63,748 nucleotides of DNA, filler included, from Hausera hauseri (GCA_046269625.1; 11 parts of 11 records of this genome joined end to end with filler, not necessarily neighbours in it), one strand, 5' to 3'. Positions 1 through 12,553 are shown, numbered from the whole stretch's first letter. Numbers and translations: made by a program. The notes: a model not told the origin generated them from the letters alone.

Positions 1-479
1 TTTAAACAAAAGATTAAATCCACAGATCTTGATTGCTTTTATTTGTCGCAAGTGCTGGTTACTCCAGCACTTGTACTGCTGATTTTTGTTGTGATATTAG
101 ATTTTTGAGATTTAGATTTTTGGGGTTTATGAATCCGTGATTTTAAATTTTATTTTGATAATTTATTTTTTTGTTCGTGATTTTGAGAGAACCCGTGATT
201 TTGTTGGAGATTTTAATTTTTTAAATTTGGTATTTTTGTAAGGTGGAACCTTACAATATTGCATACACCAATCAGCAACAATCGCAAACTTGTCTGGTGT
301 GCTACAACGAGAAACATTCCCTACCAATTTTCGTCTTAGTTTTAACGGACTTTTTCTCCAACAATCCGACATTATCATAAACTACACCCGCTTTCTTCGA
401 CACCTATACTTACTGCACACTACCGTCTGTTAGGTGGTTCCGACACCAAATCATTATTAAACGATTCTCCGGAACTCAC

Positions 480-2929
480 CCATATTCCTACCATACACGT
501 TCCTCTCAAGCAGCCCCTTTAGTTCTACCTGCAGCATCCTCGTTGGTCAATTTCCCTTGTGTCGACTATTTTACCGATAAACAACATTCCAGTCGCACGT
601 GGCTGGAATTCCACGCACAATGGCTAAGATCGAATAAGATCACTGACCCTTTCCTCAAGGCAAATAGCTTATTAATACTTCTACTAGCTAGTCTTAAATC
701 GCTGCTTCCAAACCTTTCCGAAAATTTTCAAACTTCAGACCCATACGAAACGCTCTTTAACGCCGTTTTAAAACTTACCGAGCCCTCTCTGAATAACATT
801 ATCCAAAATATTTTAATGATAATTCAACAGGAGATCAAAAACCCTCTGAATTTTTACAAACCTCTTTGACCCAATTAAACAAGTTAGGAGTAAACCAGAC
901 AAACAATGCTGATTTATTCCATAGATATTTCGTTCAATCGTTGCCGAAAGAAATACGCGCCTTATTAATCGTCGTTGAAGATACCGCTACGTTGGAAAAG
1001 TTAGCACAATTGGCTGATAAAAGTTAAGAAATATTAAATACACACCATACTCCAATTGTTGCAGCCGCATTACAACCGTCTATGACACCATCCAATGCAG
1101 AAATCGTAGCGCTGAATAACCAAATAAACGCTCTCATGGCTGAAAACACTGCAATATACCAAGCTATTTCTGCTTTAGCGTCTAAACTGGACACTTTATC
1201 CATGCCGCGACGAGAACAATTCACAATTAATCATAGCCGTGCTTCATCGAACAATTCGAAATCCGCTAGGTCCCCTACTCGACCTATGCCGTGCTATTAT
1301 AACACTAACTTCAAGAACCAATCCAGCAAATGTTGCTTGGGGTGCCAATTCTTTACACCCGCGTTTCAAAAATCTGATATTGTTTGTATTTACCATAATA
1401 GGTTCAGCAATAAAGCCCGAAACTGCATCAACGGTTGCACGCTTCCCAACCGACCTGACAAATCCCATAGTAATTTTCCCGACTCCCCAAACCTGTCCAT
1501 CCAAAAAAACTGACAAAGCCACCAGATGTTCCGACACATGCTGGCAAAGACTCCCATCGTCATTGTAACAGCTGTACGAATGCTGTCCTCACATTAAATG
1601 CCTTCATTTCCACCAAGCCCAATCAGCTAATCAACTTTCTAATAGATTCCAGAGCGGCAGTATCCCTGCTACTCATGTCCACCAAAATATAGATTACCTC
1701 ACCAACCACAACTAAACTGTATACAGCAAACGGCTAAGCTTTACCTGTATTCGGCACAGACAAGGTTTCATTTACATTGCCACTATTCTCCGACATTCTC
1801 AATTGGACTTTCATTGTTGCCGACACACAATCTCCAATAGTTGGGACTGATTTCTTATCTTTCTACAACCTCCTTGTAGATTGCAGACAATGTCGGATCA
1901 TTAAAAGCAGTTCAACAAAGCCAAACTCCACCAATAACCAACCGATCACGCGGCCTATTTCGCCTATAAAATCCATATTAAATAAACCATCAACCAATGT
2001 GAATAAAAACCTTCTTAATACCAATAGTATTAGTCCTACGTTTTTGTTGAAGTCCGATTTACCGTTTCTCGCACTAAATCTAATCAGTCCATTGCCATAA
2101 CAACAACAGCCCTTACTACGCTTAGCCAAGAAATGCAACAGTATTTAACCAAATCTTGTTTTCATAAAATAAAAAAGGACCCAGCATTTCGACCGGCTGA
2201 TACAACGTTTCATCATATAATCACAGAAAATTCTAGGCCCGTTAGGCAAAAACTCCCCACACTTTCACCATGCCGTCGACAGGCTGTCCAAGCGGAATTC
2301 TCTGCACTCGATCAACCTGGCATAATAAAACGCTCGAAATCATCGTGGGTATCACCACTCTACGCCGTCCCAAAAAAGGATGGCACATTCCGTCCATGCG
2401 GCGATTATCGCCAACTTAATAACTTCACTACCATGGATGCGTATCCTCTACCTTTGATTAAGGATATATTGCATTCTTTACACATGACCACAATTTATTC
2501 GACTACAGATTTTGAAAAAGCCTACCACCAAATACAGGTGGCACCTGAAGACATCCAAAAACGGCTATAAAAACACCTTTTGGTCTTTACGAATACGTAT
2601 TCATGCCGTTCGGATTAAAGAACGTAACACAAGCCTTTCAACGGCACATTTATTCAGTCCTTTCAGGTTTACTATTTGTATATCCGTACATCGATTATAT
2701 ATTAGTCGCATTGACATCGCCCAAACAACACGAAGAACATCTCGGACTAGTTTTCCAACGCTTATACAACTACAATTTGCAAGTAAACTTTTCTAAGTGT
2801 TCCTTCTTTCAGAAAAATTCAATTTCCTTGGTCACGTCATCACACCTGATGGTCACAGTCCACAGCCTGATAGAATTCATCAGTTACGAAACATTGAGCT
2901 ACCGAACACACACACACTTCATCCTTTAG
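480..2929 (+). mobile_element. Decayed Ty3/Gypsy LTR retrotransposon (family A): gag-protease-RT, truncated
   Basis: Gag-like ORFs 543-1513 ending in CxY(H)xxF..A..C motifs; protease remnants (FLIDSRAAVS; WTFIVAD..PIVGTDFL); RT motifs SSWVSPLYAVPKKDGTFRPCGDYRQLN, MPFGLKN, YIDY; several stops and frameshifts. Confidence 0.92.
1504..1513 (+). promoter_or_regulatory. Putative -1 ribosomal frameshift slippery site A_AAA_AAC at the gag stop
   Basis: AAAAAAC immediately followed by the gag TGA (1511-1513); the -1 frame continues toward the protease. Confidence 0.6.
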
Positions 2930-3094
2930 CGAACAAATCATGAGAAATAATATGATGTGTTACAATCATTCTCCTTGTGAGTACTAGTACTCAATCATGA
3001 GTTCGTCGTACAAAATAAAATTCACACAACTTTTTACAAAACGAACGAACGCATTTACAACGATGACGATGATGAATTTGACTTTTTAACAATG

Positions 3095-4131
3095 TCCATT
3101 GGTCTGATCGTGAGGCGACTATAATAGGAAATACTCAAATACTGATTGGCTACGGGCTCAAGCCATTTCCCCAACCAGCAGACTTGAACAATGGGAAATT
3201 TTTACTGTTTGAAATTTTCCCACCATTTTCCCCATAGTCAGACAACGTTGAAATTGTGCGCATTCGATTCCCCGACATTAATTTGACATTTGCACCGAAC
3301 ATTGCGCAATTCGTAACTCGTGTCTTGCTTCTCATAACATATTTCCTCTTTTGCTCCTTTTGCTTATAGCGCCGCCCAGTAATATTTTCGACTCTCGCGG
3401 CGCTAGAAAATTTTTCTCGCCTCATCCAGCTCTACCAATTTCCGCCGGTGACATGTGCGACATGTGCTTCCGGCTGGGGAGGGTCTCCGACCACAAAACA
3501 AGAAATGGTCAGAATTGCTAGATAGGTTGGGAAAACTGGTTTCCAGATCGATCTGAGCACTTTTGGAAGGGGTTAGGAGCCAACACTACTACCTACTATG
3601 GTGAATTTGCCTTTAACATTGCGATTTTTTGTTCGTTTGTTTGATTGCATTTCCCACCCCGATCCATTGGTCTGATCGTGAGGCGGCTATAATATGTAAT
3701 TTTCCGCAGCTTATGGGCAATGTATTAGACAAATTTCCGTCACTGGCAGTCTTGAACATGGGGAAATTTTACCCCTTTTAAATTTTCCCATCGATTTTTC
3801 CCCATGTTCCCATGGTCTGAGGGACTTGTAACAGTCTCCATTGCAATCGCCAATATCGATTTACCCCTTGTGCACATTTTCTCAGTGCTAGGAACATGTT
3901 TTGCTTCTTCCTCTTCTAGTGCCCCGCCCTTACATTTCTGTAAACCACACCTCTTTTTAACTTTTGCTCACCTCGTCACGAGATATCGATATATATGATC
4001 CGAACCTCTCTGCTCGACCTCATTTTCTGGGGGGGGAGGCGTGAAAAAATTTTAGTGAGATGTTCAGAATAGCCAATCAGGCGGGGAAAACTGGTTGACG
4101 GACCAATCAGAGAAGTGCGGTGGAGAGCTCA
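3095..4131. repeat. Two tandem ~570-bp units of a dispersed CCAAT-box repeat element
   Basis: Unit motif CCATTGGTCTGATCGTGAGGCG(A/G)CTATAAT at ~3097 and ~3664, internal GGGAAATTTT...AAATTTTCCC inverted repeat, paired CCAATCAG boxes; homologous to 58840-59377 and 25577-25670. Confidence 0.85.
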
Positions 4132-5141
4132 CATTAAGTATTCACACATTGGTGAAAGCACGAACAGTCATAAACACAGATAGAAAATTTTTAAAATAAT
4201 GAAATTTTGAATTTTTCTCTCAACCGAACTCTAACATAACTGTTTATAAATAATTTTGATTTTTATTTCCATTAATTCCAATACTGTGTTAAATTGCATT
4301 GAATTATTTTTGCAAAATGCTTTTTAACAACGTATAACAAGCATTAACCCATCTTTTCTGGAAATTTTCTGAACGCTATCGTTTTAATTGTATTCGGTTA
4401 GTAGTAGTCGTAATCTTAACTGTTCAGAAGAAACACAAAAACAAGTGAAGCAAATTTTAGTGTAACAAATCGTAATCGGAAGCAGAAAATGTAAACTAAA
4501 TTTCATCCATATTAAGAAAATAATGAACCATTTCGAGGCAATGTTTATAAAAAATTATTTGACATTTGATGTGTCTGTCTCTATTATCTCAAGAACGGAG
4601 AATTCTTTCATTAAATTTCGAGTGCTATCTCAAATTTGCGCCATCTCGGATTTTATTCTATTGTCACCGTTTCCGGCACACCTCTTCGTTCATGTCTGAA
4701 GTGTAGCTTAATATTGTTTTGAAGAAAATTTTAACGCTAAGTTCCAAGTTAAGTAGGGAATCTAGAAAACGGTACTGTGTACTTTGAGGGTCAGAGCATG
4801 TCTGATTCTATTTTGCCCTTAATGTTTAACCCCCCAGGATACCTTTCCCAACAAAATTCACCCCTCATTGTAACCACCATTACTCAACATTCTCCTACCC
4901 TCAAGGGGAACATGGGGAGGGAAAAGTAAGTTACACCAATAATTAAATACTATTAACAATTACAATAAATGTGCAAGATTAAACATGCAGAAGAAGATAT
5001 AATGTCACACAATACAGAATTGAAGGATGGTACACCAATAACAATATCAACAAATAAATACGATATTTACATAACAATAACAAAAGTTCATCAAATAAAC
5101 AATGTCACTAGATAAGCAGGTCAATCAAAGTAATGTCAGTG

Positions 5142-7109
5142 TTAGTCATCGAGATCAATGCTTTCTTCGGAGATTCTGCTGATTAATAGATCTTGACAGT
5201 CCGCCTTCTTTCCGATCGGGACTCGTTCTACTGGGATAAGGATTGTTTGTCCATTCTTGAGCAACAGTACATATTTTAGGTCTGCCTGTTGATGGCTCTT
5301 CTCCAATGAGTGGGCGACTTGATCTTTTATTAATTTTACTTGTAGTCTAGTATTGAGTTTAACTCCAAACTTGATGGGTAACTTCAATACTATTTGAGTG
5401 TTCATATATGGGAGAAATGAATATTTATTCTCCATCCTCTGATAAGCGAATCCGATCACTAAATTCCTCTCTGAATTCCATTTACTAATTTCAAATGACT
5501 TAATGGGTTTTTCAATATAATAAGGTCGATCCACTGTATAGACTGGCACAGGGAGATTGAGATATCCACTTTTAATGATTATACCGAAATTATAAGTGAC
5601 TTTTCTTTGATTAGTTAGCGTATACTGTATAATTTCGGACAGTTGATTAATTTCTATTGTTTCCGTTTGGGTTTGTTTATTGTACTGTAATTGAGTCTCG
5701 GTCCAATTTGATTGTTCCAAATCATCCTGATCATCTTCTGGTGCCATCAATTGCAGTATATCCTGTTGATCAATAATCTCTTCTGAAATATCTGAACCAA
5801 CTTCATCTACCACGACATTTGGCGTATTCAGTTCTCCATCTTCAGTCATCTGTTCCATGATAGGTCTATTGGTGTGGGCTTCAACATGATAGACCCAAGC
5901 GAAATCTATCAAATATTTTGTTCTATTATAAAATAGATCTCCGTGATCAATTATATTAGCCTGGAGAGTTTGCGGCATCCAGCTACCATCTTGCAAGTTC
6001 TGAATAATTTTGTAGATATCCATGGTTAACTCCCATCTTCCCATGGTATCCTGATCATAAGAGAATCCTCGGACAACCTTAGGTAATTTTAGTTCCTTGG
6101 CGACGTTAGTAATATCAATTGTATTGAAGGACTTCCCGGTTACTTCTGGATGTTTGAGTAGATCAATGACGCCAGCAAAATAATTGGTAGGGATATCTAG
6201 AAGTTGTATCATCTTTTGGGTTTCGATTCCCACCACGACGGCACCAAATAACCACTGTACTACTTCCTTGGTGACTTCATATATATCTACTCCGAGGCTT
6301 TCTAGTAATTGAAAGTTTATCCCATGTCTTCCTGAATTACAATTATGGATCTTCTGTCTGCTGACCACTAACGATCGGTATAATATGGTTTTCGCCGTAT
6401 TTGTTATTAGCACTTCCAACGGAACAGGGGAATTATCATGTAGAAATCCCACTGAGACTGTTAGGAATCGAATTGTATTTGATTGTCCAGTTTGAATAAA
6501 ATTGAGTTTGTTATCTCTGATCGCCGTAGGAGGATTTTGCACAAAGATTAGTGGTCTTGGTAAGGCTAGACTCTTTTCCGGGATGATCCACTCGATCATC
6601 ATAACAATTGGTATCCTTATTGGTCTAATTTGAATGTTATTTGTACTCATAGGAGTACTGAATGTCAGTGTTTCTTCCTCGTATAGCGTTGCCACATTAG
6701 ACATTGTAAAATATGCATTCTTTGAGGTTTTTAGCACAATTGTTCCTTTTGCGATGTGGATGGCCAATCCTTCAATAGAAAAACATTCGGAAACTACGTC
6801 ACTGATAGAAAATTGATGAGATTCGGTAATATTGATGATTTTGAGATTTCTGTTTAATGCTAAGCCATACTTCAGATGATTTGGGATTTTTGCTACTTGA
6901 AGATAGATCGACTGAGGATAGATACATGCTTGGCGTCTAATAACGTTATAAAAATTCTTCGTCATCGTGTGGGAAGAGGCCGAAGCCTTTATACTATACT
7001 GCATTAAAAGTTCCTCAATTGGTAGAATGTCGGCGTGAAACAAAGGAAAAGCGGTCGTAGATATGCTTTGGTGAGATATTTTGTTTACTTGAGGCATCTG
7101 AAAATTCAT
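5142..7109 (-). CDS. Intact intronless ~655-aa protein with a central DEDDh (ISG20/REX4-like) exonuclease-like domain lacking catalytic residues; probably a mobile-element or viral accessory gene
   Basis: 720-codon open frame; likely start MNFQMP at 7109 downstream of TATAAAA (7205-7211). Segment FLTVSVG..LEVLITN..TILYRSLV..IHNCNSGRHGIN..EVTKEVVQWLFGAVVVGIE..IQLLDI follows the spacing of the REX/ISG20 pattern; acidic stretch follows. Confidence 0.65.
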   Translation of the reverse strand: MNFQMPQVNKISHQSISTTAFPLFHADILPIEELLMQYSIKASASSHTMTKNFYNVIRRQACIYPQSIYLQVAKIPNHLKYGLALNRNLKIINITESHQFSISDVVSECFSIEGLAIHIAKGTIVLKTSKNAYFTMSNVATLYEEETLTFSTPMSTNNIQIRPIRIPIVMMIEWIIPEKSLALPRPLIFVQNPPTAIRDNKLNFIQTGQSNTIRFLTVSVGFLHDNSPVPLEVLITNTAKTILYRSLVVSRQKIHNCNSGRHGINFQLLESLGVDIYEVTKEVVQWLFGAVVVGIETQKMIQLLDIPTNYFAGVIDLLKHPEVTGKSFNTIDITNVAKELKLPKVVRGFSYDQDTMGRWELTMDIYKIIQNLQDGSWMPQTLQANIIDHGDLFYNRTKYLIDFAWVYHVEAHTNRPIMEQMTEDGELNTPNVVVDEVGSDISEEIIDQQDILQLMAPEDDQDDLEQSNWTETQLQYNKQTQTETIEINQLSEIIQYTLTNQRKVTYNFGIIIKSGYLNLPVPVYTVDRPYYIEKPIKSFEISKWNSERNLVIGFAYQRMENKYSFLPYMNTQIVLKLPIKFGVKLNTRLQVKLIKDQVAHSLEKSHQQADLKYVLLLKNGQTILIPVERVPIGKKADCQDLLISRISEESIDLDD

Positions 7110-7185
7110 TATCGATTTGATTCTGGTTCTGCGATTGAGCTGGAATTGTGGTTTAATTGCTGCACTGTTTTGCGAAAAGGGATCT

Positions 7186-7368
7186 GAATGAGAAATTTCA
7201 TGAGTTTTATAGTTATTTTGGTGTGTGTGTGTGTCTAATGACCACCACATAACGAATGAAAAGGAAAATACTGTTCCTAGTGTGCGTGGCGCGGGTGTAT
7301 GCATGAATAATTGCGATGACGTCAGCTGTGGCTGGTCACGCGATTTTATCGGGCAGTAGCACGTGCTA
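7186..7368 (-). promoter_or_regulatory. Compact Pol II promoter for the 5142-7109 gene
   Basis: TATAAAA (7205-7211, minus), Inr-like TCATTC (7186-7191), CRE TGACGTCA (7317-7324), palindromic E-box TAGCACGTGCTA (7357-7368). Confidence 0.5.
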
Positions 7369-7379
7369 GTGCTAGTAAG

Positions 7380-7479
7380 NNNNNNNNNNNNNNNNNNNNN
7401 NNNNNNNNNNNNNNNNNNNNNNNTTAATTAATTAANNNNNNNNNNNNNNNNNNNNNNNNNNNNNNNNNNNNNNNNNNNN
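7380..7479. other. Artificial contig spacer (N44-TTAATTAATTAA-N44); identical spacers at 14885-14984, 19440-19539, 29751-29850, 34073-34172, 39786-39885, 43888-43987, 48044-48143, 52116-52215, 59608-59707
   Basis: Ten identical 100-nt N blocks with a central 12-mer giving stops in all six frames; the sequences either side are unrelated. Confidence 0.98.
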
Positions 7480-7613
7480 GTTGAGGAACTCTTCGCCTTC
7501 TCGGTCATACTTACTCTGCTGAAATAAAAATAAAGGTTAAGCCTAAGACAGATCATTGTTTTGAAACAAAACATTTTATCTGTCTGATGATAGGATAACC
7601 TGATCTGTAATTG

Positions 7614-8920
7614 TCAGGTTATGCTATCATAAAGTTTGTCGTGGTACCCTTTTCCCCGATTATCTCCATTCTGATTTTTACCGCACTTCTTACAGTTTTT
7701 GGAGACTAGAAAAATCATCGCTGTTATTATGACCAGAACGGAAATTGACACACCAATTATAGTGATTATTGGTAAACTGTTCGGTTAGGTAGAACTTTGT
7801 GTCGTGAACACATTCAGAGTGCTAGTATCTTTATATGACATCACTTCAATTTTATTACCAAGTGTTCGTACTGTAAAAGTTTTAGGGTTTTTACCCTCTG
7901 CGGTCATTCTGATTATATATTCATGTTGTGGGCGTAACGACTTACATACTGTTCCCAAACAATTTCTCTTTAGAATCACAACTTGGTTGGTGTGCTCGGT
8001 GCGACACTCAATTTTAACGTTCGTATCTAGCGTTTCTTCAGCGTAGAATAGAATTCTATCATTCTTCGTTATGATTCTGACGGGTATAATTCCTGGTATT
8101 TCGTCCGTAGTGATACTCGTAATACGGTGAGTTGTACTCGGCGCCGTGGATGGTTTTCCCGTAGTGGTCGGAATTGGGAGTTCCCATATTTCATTCTTTG
8201 GGCGATATCCTCTAAGGAAAATGCTTCGTTCACCTGGATAGGTATCGTATAAATTAAATTGTAATTGGTATCTTTGCCCTAATTGTATTATACAGCATAC
8301 TGTGGAGCGTCGCTTTCCCAACGAACAATACGCCGGTCTAGGGATAGAAGTGTTCGCTGGTGTAAGCTGGACAGAAATTTCCTTGTCTTCTGGTACTCCG
8401 AATTTGGTCCTAATCCGAATACATTGATTCTTTAAGTCCTTGTAAATTCCCACAATGTTGTCATCTAAAATTCTGTTAATCGGATCAGTGCTTCGAATTA
8501 TTTCGTCCGTTTTAGCTTGATTTGCGTCCTTCCGTTGTGGCATTCGAATTGTGAGCTCTGAAGCTATGTCGGCTTGGGCTCCAAATTTATAGGAATAAAA
8601 CAGCTGAAAGCTATATCTATAGACTTTCCCGAAATCTAAGTTACAGCATCTTCTGTGACGCCCGTATGGAAAATCACACACTCTTATATCGTCTCCAGTA
8701 GCTACGAATGTTATTTGAAATCCTATGTGGCTCTGAATAGGTTCGTCTGTTTCAAACCATGCACATGGTTTACTCCAGTCCATATCGCGTACTCTAAGTG
8801 TCTGTAAATTTTGGATATACTTTTGTTTCTCGGTTCTAGCGCTCGATTTCGCCATAGGCATGTATGAAGCAATTAATGATAAGGCTAGGACTATTTGTAC
8901 ATAAGATATTGGCCTAGTCA
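7614..8920 (-). pseudogene. Type I membrane protein fused after integrase: signal peptide, three FN3-like domains, Thr-rich linker, TM, short tail (one TAA at 7785-7787)
   Basis: After the IN GPY module and RRYNLRS: YVQIVLALSLIASYMPMAKS; repeats CCNLDFGKVYRYSF / CCIIQLGQRYQLQF / CKSLRPQHEYIIRMTAEG..FTVRT; beyond the TAA the frame reads PNSLPIITIIGVSISVLVIITAMIFLVSKNCKKC..YHDKLYDSIT*. Confidence 0.7.
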
Positions 8921-9200
8921 CAATTGATGACGTCTTCTTTTCTTTAGTTGAACGTAGATTATAGCGCCTATTCGGCCTTATTTCGGTTTTGACTACCCTT
9001 TGGACTGATGTGACTTCCTCTTTTCCATTCTTATTTATGTAAACTGTAGTCGGCGTAGTCCTTGTAACTTCGTAAGGTCCTTTCCCTGTCCTGGTAAGCT
9101 TAAGAGATGTGCCTTTTCTCGCTACCGGGTAGTGCACATAAACCCAATTTCCTGCTTCCCAATCATGCGGTTTAGCCTTTTTGTCATATTGTCCTTTAAA

Positions 9201-12200
9201 TTATTCTTGGTATTCTTTAGATAATTCTTTGGCTATTTCCCAACATTTCTGTAATCTGGACTGCAATACTTCAACGAAGTTTTGCTCTAAATCCTCCGTT
9301 CGAGCTGTATATGGGATCAATCTTAGGTCTGTGGGCAATACAGCTTCTCTACCATACGTCATAAAAAATGGCGTAAATCCTGTTGCCGGATGAGGGGTTG
9401 TATTAATGGCGAACTGTGTGCCCTCCAAAAACTCATCCCAATCCTTTTGGTCTTTCGCAACTACTGTTGACAAAACCCGTATAACGGTTGCGTTCATTCG
9501 TTCGACCATTCCGTTACATTGGGGGTGATAAGCCGTGGTAGTTAATCGTTCGATCTCAAAAATCTTGGAAATTTTCACGAACAACTTGCTCGTAAAGTTT
9601 CTTCCTCGATCTGCCAATATTTGTTCGGGCAGCCAGTATCTACAGATGATTTTCCGTACTACCGCTTCTGCTAAGGTCTCAGCCTTTTGATCCATTAATG
9701 CTATAAGTTCAACGAAGTGAGTCAGTCGGTCAATACAAGTCAGAATATATCTATTATTCTTGTGAGTCGTAGGCAACGGTCCTACAATATCCATAGACAT
9801 TGCTTGCATTGGTCTATCGGGTACGTCAATAGGCTTGAGTTCAGCCACATAATTCTTTACTTTCTTCTGTTTGGTTGCACATACTTCACAAGCATTCACC
9901 CAATTCTTTACGTCAATGTAGATGCTCGGCCAGTAGTATTTGTTTAATATTCTTTCCAACGTCTTTTCCATGACATGTGTCCGGCTAAATATGAGTCATG
10001 TTCAGCCATGAGCACTTCTGCCCTTAAGTCCTTTGGTATGACGACTAGTTTTCGTCCCTTTCGTTCGTAATATAATACGTTCTCTTGATTGGAATCTCCA
10101 GTGGTGCAGTATTTGTGGCCATATCTTCGCAAGTGCTTCCACAATTGGTGTCCTCTGGGGGTTTTATTATCGTTCACGAATTCTACGATTTGCCGTATAA
10201 CATTGTCCTTTCGCTGTTCAATAGTAATTTTTAGTGCCTTGTCTAAAGTAAGGGTTCGTTGTCTCTCTACTAAATTTTCGAGGTGAGCCCTCCTCATTAC
10301 TGTCACTGCGCTAGTTTTGGTTTTAAGTCTAGATAGTGCGTCGGCATCAACATGTTTGTTTCCAGGCTTGTATTGAAATTCGATGTTGTATCGTGAGATC
10401 TCTTCAATCCATCTGTTTAGCCTACAAGTTGGATTGTTCGCTCTACCCTTTAGAGTCGTAACTGCCTTATGATCTGTGACGATTATAATCTTTTGTCCGT
10501 AGACGTATACATTAAAATGTCTCAAGGCTTCTTTTACCGCTAATGTTTCCAGCTCTGTTACGGAGTAGTTCTTCTCAGCTTTCTTTAGTGAACGTCCTCC
10601 ATATGCAATTGGATGTTCCAGTTCTTCGTCTTCTCGCTTTTGTGCTAATTCGTATCCAATACCTTCCTTACTAGCGTCTGTTTTGATTATGAACGGTAGA
10701 TTGAAGTCAGGATATCTTAAAACATGCTCACTAGTTAGAATTTTCTTCATCTCATCAAAAGCCTTTTGTTCTACGTCGGTCCATTTCCATTTGATTCCTT
10801 TTTTCAACAAACGGTATAGTGGCGCATTTATTTTAGCGTTTTCTGGCACATAGGTGGCATAATATCCACATAATCCCAACCAATGTCTTAGTTCCTTTTG
10901 GTTCTTGGGTTCTATGCAGTCTGATATTTTACTCAATAATGACTTATCCGGTTTCGATCCTCCTTCTCCTACTATATGTCCAAGGTATGATACGGCATTT
11001 TGGGCCCATTTACACTTCTTGGGGTTCAATTTTAGTCCTGCCTGTTCCAATCTCATAAGTGTATCCTCAATATCCTTTAAATGGTCCTGTTCTGTTTTTG
11101 ATGCAATCATAAGGTCGTCCAAGTAGGCGAATGCGTGTTCCAGTCCCATCAGCATTTGGTTCATCATACGGGTAAAGATGGCTGGTCCGGTGGTTATCCC
11201 AAATAGCATAACATTAAATTCGTATATGCCGTCGTGTGTCTTAAATGCCGTTTTGTAACGGTCTTCTTCTTCTATTTCTACCTGCCAATATCCAGATTGC
11301 AAATCGAGTGTAGTAAACCATTTTGCTCCCGAAAGTCTGTCTAAAGCTTCCTTTACCGATGGTAATGGGTAAGAATCTTTCATCATCAATGTGTTTAACG
11401 CTCGGTAATCGATACAAAATCGGTGCTTACTGGTACCTTTTTTCTTAACCATTAATATCGGTGAATACCAAGATCGATAGCTCGGTCTAATTATGTCGGC
11501 CTTTAACATTCGTTCCACTTCCTTAGTTATCTCTGGTCTTAGCGAATGTGGAGGAGGATACCATTTTGGCATCTTTTGATCTTCCAAGTCTATTTCATCG
11601 TTAGATCCAGGCTTCTTCTTAAGCGGAATTGTGAGTCTTAAAGCTTTCGCTCTACCAATATCTTCTTCATCTTTTGCGATAATTGAGCTATAGCGACAAA
11701 GTAATTCGTAGAATTGGCAATACGCTTCTGGCGAAAATTTTGTTTCAACGTGGGACGGAAATTCGGCACCCCTATACGGCTTTTCTTCAATAGTAATTGA
11801 CGAAACTCTATGCGTATGTCCCAAAGTGGTATTGGCGTAAAGTTTGATCGCAGTAGGTGCGTTATTCGCTATCCTAATGGGTACACGGCCGGTTGATACT
11901 CTCGTTAAGACGTTGCTGAGTGTAAGATTTGGGTTAAGCGATTCCTTCGGCTCGAAATATACTGGTTGATCGTCGTCTTGCCGTATTTGAGCGTATATTA
12001 ATAATTCAGTTCTAGGTGGTATGTTTTCGTCTACCGGAATCCATACCTCTCCTAATTTCCTATCTTTGGTGGTTTTAACTCCTTTTATTGGGCCTAGTTC
12101 TATCAGTTTGCCTGCATTGAAATCTATCGCTATATTGGGCAATTGTCTTAATAAGTCGCATCCTATTACTACGTCATCCGTCAATTGTTCCATTACGGAA

Positions 12201-12553
12201 AATTCGTGATGAAAAGATTGTCCCATTATGTGAACTTCTGGTTTCCAACGAAATTTGCTTTTTGATGATTGCCCGAAAGCTCCAATACTACCTGGATCAG
12301 TCGTGGGAGGTGGATACAGTTGTTTCCGTAAGAACTGTGGTATTGAATCGTACTTTATCAGCGATATCTCTGATCCTGTATCGATTAGCGCATAAACTTC
12401 CCAGTCTTCCAGCTGAATTTTTGCGAAGGGTCTTCCTTCGATTACTGTACCATAATAATTCGGTGCTTTACGAGGTTGTCGGACCATGGATACCTTATAA
12501 CCGTTTATAGTGACTTCTGTACTTCCGACCGGCTGGTCTACTAATTGTCTCAA
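9201..12553 (-). pseudogene. pol: Pol: aspartic protease, RT, RNase H, integrase (Ty3/Gypsy order)
   Basis: ALIDTGSEIS; RFCIDYRALN; LDLQSGYWQV; YLDD; KTDAS..IAYGGR..NYSVTELE; HDSYLAGH..CEVC; MDIVGP..DRG..GMVERMN. Confidence 0.97.

Noticed and set aside
7380-7479. Recurrent TTAATTAATTAA as a biological repeat, and ORFs running into the Ns
   Set aside because: Identical artificial linker in every gap; adjacency across gaps carries no information
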